A stretch of DNA of 64,000 bases from Gaiellales bacterium (GCA_038911065.1 JBCKBR010000002.1:14957-78956); one strand, 5' to 3'; positions 1 to 9,055 are shown, counted from the stretch's first letter. Made by a program: numbers and translations. Notes: a model not told the origin generated them from the letters alone.

Positions 1-820
1 CTTTTTCATCGAGGTCCGGCATCGGTGGCTTGAGCTTGCGAAATTCGTTGACGCTGCCGAGAATGCCGGCGATGCGTGAGCCTGGTCCGCGCGGGTGCGG
101 CTCGGCACCGTACTGCTCATTCGTGTATTTGCCGAGCTTGTACGTGTAGATCGAGGGGCTTAGGCCCTGCGTAAGACCGGGGTGGATAAAGGGGATGTGA
201 TAGCCCTCCATGTAGTTATCGACGTACATCTTCCAGCTGCAGTCGACTTCCCAGCGGCGACCGCCGGCGAACTCCAACTGATCAACGCTGTAGTTTTGCA
301 GGCGAGGGGTGATGTCCCCGAGCCATTCCTCGAGCGGTGGCGCGACATCGGAAAGCGTGACCCAGATACTCGGTCCCCATGTCCCGACGCGAAATTCTGG
401 GAGGCGCATCGTGTCCGTATCGAAGTCTTCAGTTCCGTCCATGCCGTTTGCGTTTCGCAGTCGACCATCAAGTTCGTAGATCCAGCCGTGGTATGGACAC
501 TGGAACGTTTTGCGCGTGCCTGTACCGATTGAGACTGGACCAGCACGGTGGAGGCACGTGTTCGAAAGCGCGCGCAACGTGCCTGTGCCGTCACGGACGA
601 CGACGACCTCTTCGTTTGCGACGGTGGTGGTGAAGTATTGGCCGGGATGCGCAACTTGTTCGGTTTGTCCGACGCACGTCCAGATGTCGCGAAACAGGGT
701 CTTCATTTCGATGTCGAAGAGATCGCGCGAGGTGTACCAATCGTTCGGCAGCGTGCCCGATCGGGCTACACCGCGATCCTCCCAAACGGATACGGGCCCC
801 AGCATTTCGATCTCAGCCAT
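1..820 (-). CDS. Rieske non-heme iron oxygenase alpha subunit (aromatic ring-hydroxylating/choline monooxygenase-like), 3' end outside window
   Basis: Absent from the ORF track because no stop falls in the window. Manual translation from ATG 820 (AGGAG upstream): MAEIEMLGPV...TLPNDWYTS...SNTCLHRAG...FQCPYHGWIY (Rieske CxH..CxxH)...CSWKMYVDNYMEGYHIPFIHPGL (mononuclear Fe motif). Confidence 0.92.
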   Translation of the reverse strand, partial: MAEIEMLGPVSVWEDRGVARSGTLPNDWYTSRDLFDIEMKTLFRDIWTCVGQTEQVAHPGQYFTTTVANEEVVVVRDGTGTLRALSNTCLHRAGPVSIGTGTRKTFQCPYHGWIYELDGRLRNANGMDGTEDFDTDTMRLPEFRVGTWGPSIWVTLSDVAPPLEEWLGDITPRLQNYSVDQLEFAGGRRWEVDCSWKMYVDNYMEGYHIPFIHPGLTQGLSPSIYTYKLGKYTNEQYGAEPHPRGPGSRIAGILGSVNEFRKLKPPMPDLDEK

Positions 821-982
821 TTCGACTCCTCTTTGCTAGCGACAAGTGACACAAGAATGATCTGAGCATAGTCTGGCGACGAGGCAGACACAATCGTGCG
901 TTTTACGCATCGCGTAACGAATAGCGACATATTTGGCGGTATTCGTTCCTTTACGCCTGCGCGTTGCGTAAGATCAGCAATC

Positions 983-1447
983 ATGACGGTACATATTCCT
1001 CTTGATGCAACCGATCAGGCGATCCTCCGCGCGTTGCAGGCGGACGGGCGGCGTTCGTACCGTGACATAGCGCGCGCGATTGGTGTCTCCGAAGGCACGG
1101 TGCGAGGTCGCACGCGCAAACTCGAACACCTCGGTGCCTTACGCATACTTGCATTCGTCGACCCGATGAGGCTTGGTAATTCTGTACTCGCGCTGATGCT
1201 GCTCCGTATCGAAGCCGCGCATGTTGAAGCAGTCATCGCTGCGTTAACGGAATGGACAGAGACGACGTACGTCTCGACGCTGGCCGGTCGCGCCGATGTC
1301 TACGTCCAGATCATTTGTGCCGACGCTGAGGCACTCAGCAATATCCTCACGCGTGCGCGGTCGTTGCGTGGAGTCATCGAGACGGAGACGATGCTCGAGC
1401 TTGAGGTGCACAAGTTCACGTATAGCCACGCAAACGCCGGGAGCTAG
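983..1447 (+). CDS. Lrp/AsnC family transcriptional regulator
   Basis: LDATDQAILRALQADGRRSYRDIARAIGVSEGTVRGR HTH plus RAM-like C-terminus. Divergent from the Rieske gene. ATG 983 lies 8 nt after TAAGAT (leaderless). Confidence 0.92.
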   Translation: MTVHIPLDATDQAILRALQADGRRSYRDIARAIGVSEGTVRGRTRKLEHLGALRILAFVDPMRLGNSVLALMLLRIEAAHVEAVIAALTEWTETTYVSTLAGRADVYVQIICADAEALSNILTRARSLRGVIETETMLELEVHKFTYSHANAGS

Positions 1448-1533
1448 ATTCTGCTGGCCCCGTAGCACCGGAGCACCTTTCGCGCGGCTCGCGTTCTAGA
1501 CTCAGGCGCAGCGCGCTCGCCCTGGAGTGCTGC

Positions 1534-1896
1534 TCAGAACCGGACGAGCGTGCGTTCCGGATTGTCTTCTGGCCCGATTTCAAAGCCGATCACGAACCGC
1601 ATCTCGAGGGCGGCGGCGACGCGGCTGAGCGTTTCGGGCTTGGTTGCGTACTGCCCATTTTCGATGCGCGAGATGGCAGAGTGGCTCGTGGCTGCCCGCT
1701 TGGCGACTTCCTGTTGGGTCAGGCCGAGGTCGCCACGACGGAACATGACCGTGCGGGCAATTGTTCGGAACGGCGCAGTTCGCTCGTACTCAGCTCGAAA
1801 CTCCGGGCTGTTTCGGAGGCTCTCTTCAATGGATTCCTGGACGGTTTGCCCGATCGGGCTGATCCACGTTTCGTCTTCGTGCGGGGTGTCAGTCAT
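1534..1896 (-). CDS. XRE/HigA-type HTH antitoxin
   Basis: RGDLGLTQQEVAKRAATSHSAISRIENG HTH_3 motif downstream of a RelE-like toxin. ATG 1896 is 7 nt after TAAAGT. Confidence 0.85.
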   Translation of the reverse strand: MTDTPHEDETWISPIGQTVQESIEESLRNSPEFRAEYERTAPFRTIARTVMFRRGDLGLTQQEVAKRAATSHSAISRIENGQYATKPETLSRVAAALEMRFVIGFEIGPEDNPERTLVRF

Positions 1897-1939
1897 ATCG
1901 CTCACTTTATCAGGAATGGTAAAATTATGGTTTGGGAGT

Positions 1940-2341
1940 TTATGGCGCGTCATTTCCTGCGGCTCTCGGCGACGATCGTCTTGGTGCATTCATCCGCATG
2001 TGAAAGTCGGCCCAACGGGCGCGTGCGATATCGATGTCGCGGCGGGGTACCGCATTGGTCGTCTTCCTGAAGGCATGAAGTAGCACGATCAGATTTTCCG
2101 ATCGTCGGTAGATGATCCGGTACTGCTCGCTGCCAAAGTGCGCGCGCAGTTCGCGCAAGCCATGCGTCAGGTTCGACGTTAGGGGAAACGGTAGTGGAGG
2201 CGCATTTGGGGGAAGATCGTTGAGGTGCTTGATCTGAAGTTGCAGCGCATGCTTGCGGCGCTCGCCCAGCCCCAGAACAAAATCGTTGACGGGTTCCGAC
2301 CCATCGACTGCCCGGTAATAGACGGCACTGGTTCGTGTCAA
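1940..2341 (-). CDS. RelE/HigB (Gp49/DUF891-like) type II toxin
   Basis: VYYRAVDGSEPVNDF...LRELRAHFGSEQYRIIY...IVLLHAFRKTTNAVPRRDIDIARAR. Toxin-first order as in higBA. Start (TTG 2341) uncertain. Confidence 0.85.
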   Translation of the reverse strand: MTRTSAVYYRAVDGSEPVNDFVLGLGERRKHALQLQIKHLNDLPPNAPPLPFPLTSNLTHGLRELRAHFGSEQYRIIYRRSENLIVLLHAFRKTTNAVPRRDIDIARARWADFHMRMNAPRRSSPRAAGNDAP

Positions 2342-2392
2342 TTGGGCTCCGGCATCTACCTTCCACGCTAAAGCCGCCTGATTGAAGAATAT

Positions 2393-2890
2393 GTGCAGCC
2401 GCCGCGGGCTACGAGCGGTATCGCGCACGCGATGTGCCGCCTCTCAAACGTGGTGTGGCTTGGATGGAACCAATCAGCGCCGAATCAGCGCGAGGCGGAA
2501 CTGTCGCCACGCGACGCCAGGACGGAGTTTTGGCCAGCTCTCATTCAACGAGTGCAGAGAGTGGTGGGCTCGCCACACGTCGAAGAGACGGCGTATGCTC
2601 AAAGCGTGGCTGCAACTCCAGATCCCTTCGCGACACTCGAGATTCCTCCGGGAATGATGGTGACGTATGGTCGTGGTCCCGACCTTTCGGGCACCGTTAA
2701 GGTCGTCTCCGACGAGTGGCTCCGCGCGCATCTGGTGCCCGGCTTGACGCTGGATCCCGAGGAGGGCGCGCGCCGGATTGGAGAGTTGGCGGGGAGCGTG
2801 AGTATTGGTCGGCGCCCTGTCAAGGCCGATTATCGCGCGCGTTGGAGGTACAACTCGGAGGAGTTCGACGCGAACGGCGATCCGCTCTAG
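2393..2890 (+). CDS. hypothetical protein
   Basis: 165-aa ORF with plausible composition in its 3' half. No motif recognised and start uncertain. Confidence 0.35.
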   Translation: MQPPRATSGIAHAMCRLSNVVWLGWNQSAPNQREAELSPRDARTEFWPALIQRVQRVVGSPHVEETAYAQSVAATPDPFATLEIPPGMMVTYGRGPDLSGTVKVVSDEWLRAHLVPGLTLDPEEGARRIGELAGSVSIGRRPVKADYRARWRYNSEEFDANGDPL

Positions 2891-3064
2891 CGCGGTCCAC
2901 TCGGGCCGCTGGAGCACCCATCGCGCCGCTGAATCAACCCAGTACACCCGATGCTGCGAGCCAGGCACGCGTCGGCGGCGTGCTCCTGCCGCGAATGCGG
3001 CTGATAATAGATTCCGCCTAGGGAAGACAGGTTTGTGGCGTTCCTCGACCGAGCATAGAGCCAA

Positions 3065-3132
3065 GGCGGACCTCACATCCGCGCGGTTGTGGCGTCCGCC
3101 CGGGTAGGCGGACATGACAGCCGCGCGGTTGT
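3065..3132. repeat. 36-bp imperfect palindrome (copy 1) followed by a partial copy (3107-3132)
   Basis: GGCGGACCTCACATCCGCGCGGTTGTGGCGTCCGCC, then GTAGGCGGACATGACAGCCGCGCGGTTGT. Confidence 0.9.
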
Positions 3133-3229
3133 AAATAATCGAAATGACACGTAGACGATCGTGATTCGCGCCGGAGTAACTCATGTGTGTTGCGGGCCTG
3201 GGGCCAGGTCGTGGAGTTACTCGTTGGGG

Positions 3230-3775
3230 CTACAACTGGCCGTAGTCCAAATCAGACAAGTCGAGTTCGAGAGTTCTAACGAGGCGACGAGAAACCGCTC
3301 TCATCTCGGACTCGTTTAGATACCCGACGCGACGCAGGATTGCGTTCGCTGAGATCGTCGAAATGCTCGTGAAATTGATGTAACACTCCGAGCCGCTGGT
3401 GCCGTGGCGCCCCTCCTTACCTATCAGTATCGAAGTCGGATGGGATCCGCTTTCCAGACGCCTGTAGAACTGCTTCCGATCGCGGTGCTTGTCTCTAATT
3501 GAGCTCACTCGTGCTACTACAACGTCTTTCATGCGTTCGTCTGTTGCGGTCTGTAGGAGCAGAACGCGGCGAAGCTTGACTTGCGTGACTACTTCAGGCA
3601 CGTCGCCCGGAGCGATAGTGGCTTGAAACTCTTCGATGTTTTCGAAGGTTTCGAACGTGGCCGAAAACTCCGACTCAGCTTTTTCAAGTGCCGCCGTCAG
3701 CGGGAACCCGGTGGTGAAAGGATAAAGCGCAAGGCAAACGGCGCCACAGACCAACTCTGACCGGTCAGCGGGCAA
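3230..3775 (-). CDS. PemK/MazF-like endoribonuclease toxin with N-terminal insertion
   Basis: KLRRVLLLQ...VVVARVSS...ISTISANAILRRVGYLNESEMRAVSRRLVRTLEL follows the PemK/MazF pattern. Lies 3 nt downstream of a small acidic partner. Confidence 0.7.
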   Translation of the reverse strand: MPADRSELVCGAVCLALYPFTTGFPLTAALEKAESEFSATFETFENIEEFQATIAPGDVPEVVTQVKLRRVLLLQTATDERMKDVVVARVSSIRDKHRDRKQFYRRLESGSHPTSILIGKEGRHGTSGSECYINFTSISTISANAILRRVGYLNESEMRAVSRRLVRTLELDLSDLDYGQL

Positions 3776-3778
3776 AGA

Positions 3779-4078
3779 TCAGGACGTCCAGCTCGCAAGA
3801 ATCCCAATATTTATCTCAGCATCGTCCACTCGGTCTTCATTCATAACCGCGAAGTCGTCATCGGTGAGCAGCTCGGCGACAGGAATCGGACGACCTTCGC
3901 GATGCCGCGCTAGCGTCGCCTCTACGATCGCGTAGTCATCTGGATGCAAGACGAAGAAAGCGGCCTTGTCGTGAGCGCGCACTTCAACAGACCGCTTGAG
4001 CGCAACGGCTTGCCGTGCCTGCGAGGGAAGCCGTACATCACGGCCGAAAACAACTAACGGTTCGCTGCGCTGACCCAT
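3779..4078 (-). CDS. putative antitoxin (Phd/YefM-like)
   Basis: VEVRAHDKAAFFVLHPDDY resembles the Phd motif, with an acidic C-terminus. TACACT -10 lies 6 nt before ATG 4078. Confidence 0.55.
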   Translation of the reverse strand: MGQRSEPLVVFGRDVRLPSQARQAVALKRSVEVRAHDKAAFFVLHPDDYAIVEATLARHREGRPIPVAELLTDDDFAVMNEDRVDDAEINIGILASWTS

Positions 4079-4126
4079 GCAAAGAGTGTAGACCATATTC
4101 GACCAATACGCACGCTTTCGCATATT

Positions 4127-4153
4127 GCGTACGTTTCATGGAGAAACGTACGC
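4127..4153. promoter_or_regulatory. inverted repeat, probable TA operator
   Basis: GCGTACGTTTC-ATGGA-GAAACGTACGC, perfect 11-bp arms upstream of the antitoxin. Confidence 0.55.
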
Positions 4154-4167
4154 CGCCGTCACTGGCC

Positions 4168-4201
4168 CGGACGCCACATCCGCGCGGTTGTGGCGTCCGC
4201 C
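4168..4201. repeat. palindrome copy 2
   Basis: CGGACGCCACATCCGCGCGGTTGTGGCGTCCG, perfect except for one T.T mismatch. Confidence 0.9.
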
Positions 4202-4247
4202 CTGGCACACACGACACCGGCCGCGCATTCCGAATCGTCTCCAACAC

Positions 4248-5603
4248 TCATCCGCACTCGTTGCTCGCCGCGTCCAACTCGGCGAGAGCGCTCGCCGCAT
4301 TCTCATTACCGAGTGCTGCGGCCTGCTCGTACCAGGCGCGTGCAGCATCCCGATCACCCGCCTTTTCGGCGAGCACACCAAGATTAGTCATCGCCTCCGG
4401 ATGATCGAGTGTGGTGGCCTGCTCGTACCAGGAGCGTGCGGCATCCAAGTCGCCCGCCTCTTCGGCGAGTAAGCCAAGATTAGTCATCGCCATCGGATTA
4501 CCGGGGTTGGCGGCTAGCTCGTACCAGGCGCGTGCGGCATCCAAGTCACCTGCTCCTTCGGCGAGCACGCCAAGATTAGTCATCGCCTTCGGATTACCGA
4601 GTTGGGCGGCCTGCTCGTACCAGGCGCGTGCAACATCCAATTCACCCACCTCTTCGGCGAGTAAACCAAGATTAGTCATCGCCTGCGGTTGATCGAGTGT
4701 GGCGGCCTGCTCGTACCAGGCGCGTGCGGCATCCAAGTCGCCCCCCTCTTTGGCGAGCAAACCAAGATTAAACATCGCCTGCGGATCATCGAATTGGGCG
4801 GCCTGCTCCCACCACGCGCGTGCACCCTCCAAGTCACCCGCAGAGTGGGCGAGCCAACCAAGATTATTCATCGCCTCCGGGTCATCGAGTGTGGCGGCCT
4901 GCTCGTACCAGGCGCGTGCGGCATCCATGTCGCCCGCCTCTTCGGCGAGCACGCCAAGATTGAACATCGCCTTCGGATTACCGAGTTTGGCGGCCTGCTC
5001 ATACCACGCGCGTGCCACATCCATGTCGCCCGCCTCTTCGGCGAGCACTCCAAGATTAGTCATCGCCTCCGGATGGTTGAGCGTGGCGGCCTGCTCCCAC
5101 CAGGTGCGTGCAGCATCCCGATCACCCGCCTCATAGGCGAGCCAACCAAGCCTATTGATCGCCTTCGGATGATCGAGCGTGGCGGCCTGCTCGTACCAGG
5201 CGCGTGCAGCATCCAGATCACCCGCCTCGTTGGCGAGCACACCAAGATTGATCATCGCATCCTGATTACCGAGGTTGGCGGCCTGCTCCCACCAGGCGCA
5301 TGCAGCATCCAGATCACCCGCCTGTTGGGCGAGCGCTCCAAGAAGGAACATCGCCTGCGAATCATCGAGCTTTGCGGCCTGCTCCCACCAGGCGCGTGCA
5401 GCAGCCAGATCCCCCAACTTATAGGCGAGCACTTCAAGCAGGACCACGCCAGGATCGTGGGCGGCCTGCTCGTACCAGGCGCGTGCAGCATCCATGTCAC
5501 CCGCCTCTTCGGCGAGCACACCAAGATTGGTCATCGCTTCCGGATCATCAGGCGCAACAGCATCATCCGAACTCTGCTGCTGCTGCTTCTTGAAAAGCCC
5601 CAT
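4248..5603 (-). CDS. Sel1/TPR-like repeat protein A (N-cap + 13 x 32-aa repeats + C-cap)
   Basis: MGLFKKQQQQSSDD leader, 96-bp units encoding [DG]xPxAMxxLGxLAxxAGDLDAARAWYEQAAxL, ending LAELDAASNECG. Confidence 0.92.
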   Translation of the reverse strand: MGLFKKQQQQSSDDAVAPDDPEAMTNLGVLAEEAGDMDAARAWYEQAAHDPGVVLLEVLAYKLGDLAAARAWWEQAAKLDDSQAMFLLGALAQQAGDLDAACAWWEQAANLGNQDAMINLGVLANEAGDLDAARAWYEQAATLDHPKAINRLGWLAYEAGDRDAARTWWEQAATLNHPEAMTNLGVLAEEAGDMDVARAWYEQAAKLGNPKAMFNLGVLAEEAGDMDAARAWYEQAATLDDPEAMNNLGWLAHSAGDLEGARAWWEQAAQFDDPQAMFNLGLLAKEGGDLDAARAWYEQAATLDQPQAMTNLGLLAEEVGELDVARAWYEQAAQLGNPKAMTNLGVLAEGAGDLDAARAWYELAANPGNPMAMTNLGLLAEEAGDLDAARSWYEQATTLDHPEAMTNLGVLAEKAGDRDAARAWYEQAAALGNENAASALAELDAASNECG

Positions 5604-5716
5604 TGCGCCCCCTCCGACCTAGTGTCCCACTCGTAGTCGCGCCGTGCAGCCACTTACACATAATGCCGAGCGTAGAGCAAGGCGGACCTCACATCCGCGG
5701 GGTTGTGGCGTCCGCC
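5604..5716 (-). repeat. shared 5' block of Sel1-repeat genes including palindrome copy 3 (5681-5716)
   Basis: + strand CCTAGTGTCCCACTCGTAGTCGCGCCGTGCAGCCACTTACACATAATGCCGAGCGTAGAGCAAGGCGGAC...GTCCGCC. Related copies at 9221, 17525, 20002, 24032 and 27886. Confidence 0.9.
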
Positions 5717-5926
5717 CTCAGGTGCCCTTTAGGCCGCCACAGGGGAGTGGGGTCAATCTAAAAGGGCCGCGGACACCGCGCCCGGTTTCTCTGTTCACGC
5801 ATACCCGCAAATGCTGCACCCGGGGTCATGGTGTCGTGACTATCGCCTACAGCACTCTCCAACCAACACGCACGACACACAAGACACCGGCCGCGCGTTC
5901 CGAATCGTCTCCAACACTCACCGGCA

Positions 5927-6775
5927 CTAGTTGCTCGCCGCATCCAACTCGGCGAGAGCGCGTGCCGCATCCGCATAACCGAGTTTTGCGGCCTTCTCGT
6001 ACCACGCGCGTGCAGCATCCAGATCACCCGCCTCTTTGGCGAGCACACCAAGATTATTCATCGCCTTCGGATCACCGAGTTTTGCGGCCTTCTCATACCA
6101 CGCGCGTTCAGCATCCAGATCACCCGCCTGATAGGCGAGCAAACCAAGGTTATACATCGCCTCCGGTTTACCGAGTTTGGCGGCCTTCTCATACCACGCG
6201 CGTGCGGCATCCAGATCACCCGCCTTTTCGGCGAGCCAACCAAGATTAGTCATCGCCTCCGGATTACTGAGGTTGGCGGCCTGCTCGTACCACGTGCGTG
6301 CAGCATCCAGATTACCCGCCTCTTCGGCGAGCACTCCAAGATTAGTCATCGCCTTCGGATTACCGAGTTTGGCGGCCTGCTCGTACCACGTGCGTGCAGC
6401 ATCCATGTCGCCCGCCTCTTCGGCGAGCCAACCAAGATTATTGATCGCATCCGAATTACCGAGTTTGGTGGCCTTCTCGTACCAGACGCGTGCCGCATCC
6501 AGATCACCCGCCTTATAGGCGAGCCAACCAAGATTATTCATCGCCTTCGGATTACCGAGTTTGGCGGCCTTCTCATACCACGCGCGTGCAGCATCCAGAT
6601 CACCCGCCTTTTCGGCGAGCCAACCAAGATTGAACATCGCCTCCGGATCATCGAGGTTGGCGGCTGGCGCGCTGATGGCAGCAGAACTCGCGGGCACTAC
6701 CGTCGGTTCCGTAGAACCTCCACACCCAGCAACGATGAAAGCTGAGGCAAACATGAGAAGCAGCAGTCGATTCAT
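5927..6775 (-). CDS. Sel1/TPR-like repeat lipoprotein B (signal peptide II + 7 repeats + C-cap)
   Basis: MNRLLLLMFASAFIVAGC lipobox, 7 repeats, ending LAELDAASN. TAGCGT lies 7 nt before the ATG. Confidence 0.9.
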   Translation of the reverse strand: MNRLLLLMFASAFIVAGCGGSTEPTVVPASSAAISAPAANLDDPEAMFNLGWLAEKAGDLDAARAWYEKAAKLGNPKAMNNLGWLAYKAGDLDAARVWYEKATKLGNSDAINNLGWLAEEAGDMDAARTWYEQAAKLGNPKAMTNLGVLAEEAGNLDAARTWYEQAANLSNPEAMTNLGWLAEKAGDLDAARAWYEKAAKLGKPEAMYNLGLLAYQAGDLDAERAWYEKAAKLGDPKAMNNLGVLAKEAGDLDAARAWYEKAAKLGYADAARALAELDAASN

Positions 6776-6965
6776 ACCGGTGACGCTACTACAACGTGCA
6801 GCACACGATCAGAAAGCCCGGCGCGCTCGACGATGCGGGATCTTTCCCGGGCGGCAGAGTTTCCGTCACAGGGGAAGGGGGCCGGGGTGTATCACGCGTG
6901 ACGCTCCCAACTTAGACCCACCCTTGGTTTTTTTTTACCCACACCATCAAAGACATCGGCAGGGG

Positions 6966-7088
6966 TCAGGTGCGATTTGCTACCGCTGGCTCAATTACTG
7001 ATGGTTTGATCTGAGCGCCGCAGTGGCCACAAAAAGGATCGCCCGCGACACGCGCCGCGCCACAGGACCCGCAGAAGCCATTGGTCAT
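6966..7088 (-). pseudogene. zinc-ribbon N-terminal fragment (40 aa)
   Basis: MTNGFCGSCGAARVAGDPFCGHCGAQ. ATGA overlap with the upstream gene, stops soon after the zinc ribbon. Confidence 0.5.
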
Positions 7089-7732
7089 GTAGCCGTGACT
7101 ACGATCAAGGTTGCGAATGCGATTGCGACGAGGCAGATTGGGCCAAACGCCCAGACCACGCTCCAGCGGGTCCAGCATCGAGTGGGTGCCGTGCCCCCGC
7201 TCAGCGCATTCAATGCTCCGCGCAGCCGCTGCAACGTGTGTCCGTACATAAAGAACACCACAATCGCTGCAATAGAACCAAGGTAGGGAATATACGCCAA
7301 AGCGAACCACGTCGTGTAGCGTCTCGTGTTGATTCCCTCAGTGCCTGCCTTCTTTGCGACGAGGTCAATATCGCGCCAGAGATCACGCGCCACAAAGATC
7401 TGCCAAATTGGGACCACCATGCCGAAAGTCTGTCGACCAGGATCGTCACGCCCATCGTGGTTGATCGCGGATATCTGCTTACGGGTGCAGTAGAACCAGT
7501 AAAGCCCCCAGATCCCGGAGGAGATGATGTAGAAGACGATCGCCCGCCCTATTGCGAAGTTCGCCAGATCCGTGCCAGCATCGATTGTCACCGGCGTGGT
7601 CGCAGGCTCGCTGAATGCAGCTGGCATAGCCATCACGCTCTCCGACGATGCGTGCACAACTTTGGCACCACAGACGCCGCAGAACTCGTCGTCTACACCA
7701 ACGCTTGTCTTGCATGTCTGACAGATCATCAT
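7085..7732 (-). CDS. zinc-ribbon + DUF4234-like membrane protein
   Basis: CQTC...FCGVCG ribbon, ISSGIWGLYWFY motif and several TM segments. Confidence 0.75.
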   Translation of the reverse strand: MMICQTCKTSVGVDDEFCGVCGAKVVHASSESVMAMPAAFSEPATTPVTIDAGTDLANFAIGRAIVFYIISSGIWGLYWFYCTRKQISAINHDGRDDPGRQTFGMVVPIWQIFVARDLWRDIDLVAKKAGTEGINTRRYTTWFALAYIPYLGSIAAIVVFFMYGHTLQRLRGALNALSGGTAPTRCWTRWSVVWAFGPICLVAIAFATLIVVTAT

Positions 7733-7795
7733 GCCTCCTTGAAGTTGGCTACGAGTTCCAGTTGATGGTCGCGCGCAGTTGACACCACCGAGTGG

Positions 7796-9031
7796 CTACG
7801 AATCCGGTGGAAAAGCCACTGCATCGAGCACAATTGTCTCGACTGATCCTCCCGCAGTCAACGTGATCGACAGGTCACCGATCTGCCCTAACTTGCGAAT
7901 GCAAGACGTCGGGAAAGTCACGTCTCGCGCGAGAGCTGGCGGGTCGAGTGGATCGATCGTGTCTGTGGTCGCGGTGCATTGCTGCACACCCGAGGCGTCG
8001 ACGATCTGCGTTGGGTCACCCGTTAGGTCAGGTGTCCCATCGAAGTTCGTGTCGATCGAGAACGAGTAACCCACGGGGCCAGCAGGCGTAGCGTGCTGAA
8101 AGTACAACCACGAAATCGTGGTGGTTGCTGCTGTGGTACTGGCCGCTCCGGCGAAGAAGTCGATGCCATCTTCGGCCGCCCCGTTTCCTCCCGAGCGCGT
8201 GTAGACATAGACTTTCTCCCGAATCAGCCGGCTAATGCGGCGCTTGGCTGTCGGGAGCCACGCGGTGAAGTTGGCCATGCGACCAAACACCGTTGGCGCG
8301 GTCGGCTCGCAGGTATTGCGATAGAACGTCCCCCAAGAGACCACACCGACGAGAGTTGCTCGCCCGCCCTGCTTCGCAATTAGAGGACCGCCTGAATCGC
8401 CACTGCAAGCCCCTCCAAAGATCTCTTCATTGGCGAAGTAGCGTCCAGCTGCGATCTGCACCGCTGGCTTGAAGGACGAACCGAAGATCCGTGCGCCGAC
8501 GTCGGAGTAGTCTTTGACTCGGAGCGCTCCGAGCTCACTGGGCTGTTCGGAGTTCTGATTTAGACCCCACCCATAGAGCATCAGCGAAGCATAGAACGTA
8601 GTTCCGCGGCCAGGGAGCCTTGGATATCTTGCTGGCTCGCACCCGGCGGTTACGCGAAGTAGTGCGATGTCATTGACTGAGATCCTCCGTTTGAAATACC
8701 GTGGGTGCGACTCGAATGACAAGACTGCGCAGTAGGCAAGCGTCTTCGTGCTTTTGCCGACACCGACGTAGAGGTTTTCTGGCCGCACGTCGGCGACGCA
8801 GTGAGCAGCCGTGACGACGTATCCACGTGCGATGAACGTGCCAGTGCAATAGCCAGTGATCGTCTTCCCAGCCCAATCTCCCGGTTCATCAACGTACATG
8901 ATTGAAGTGACATAAGGCACGGTATTCCCACTCACTTCGCCAGTGGGGTACGACACTGCACTGGCGGTACTGACCCACGCGAGTGAGGCGGCCACTGCTG
9001 TCATGGCGAGGATCATTCGGCGGGTGTTCAT
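7796..9031 (-). CDS. secreted trypsin-like (S1) serine protease
   Basis: Signal peptide and catalytic motifs TAAHC, NDIALL and GDSGGP. Confidence 0.92.
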   Translation of the reverse strand: MNTRRMILAMTAVAASLAWVSTASAVSYPTGEVSGNTVPYVTSIMYVDEPGDWAGKTITGYCTGTFIARGYVVTAAHCVADVRPENLYVGVGKSTKTLAYCAVLSFESHPRYFKRRISVNDIALLRVTAGCEPARYPRLPGRGTTFYASLMLYGWGLNQNSEQPSELGALRVKDYSDVGARIFGSSFKPAVQIAAGRYFANEEIFGGACSGDSGGPLIAKQGGRATLVGVVSWGTFYRNTCEPTAPTVFGRMANFTAWLPTAKRRISRLIREKVYVYTRSGGNGAAEDGIDFFAGAASTTAATTTISWLYFQHATPAGPVGYSFSIDTNFDGTPDLTGDPTQIVDASGVQQCTATTDTIDPLDPPALARDVTFPTSCIRKLGQIGDLSITLTAGGSVETIVLDAVAFPPDS

Positions 9032-9055
9032 TACGCAATACCTCGCGATAATTGA

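Noticed and set aside
4411-5636. Periodic alternative-frame and antisense ORFs over the Sel1 genes (MIECGGLLVPGAC..., MVCSPKRR..., MAACSYQARAAS...)
   Set aside because: Shadows of GC-rich repeats that recur every 96 or 192 bp and have no independent start signals.
6928-6936. T9 tract here (and T8 at 15171) as phase-variation switches
   Set aside because: Neither lies in an intact CDS or in a recognisable promoter spacer.
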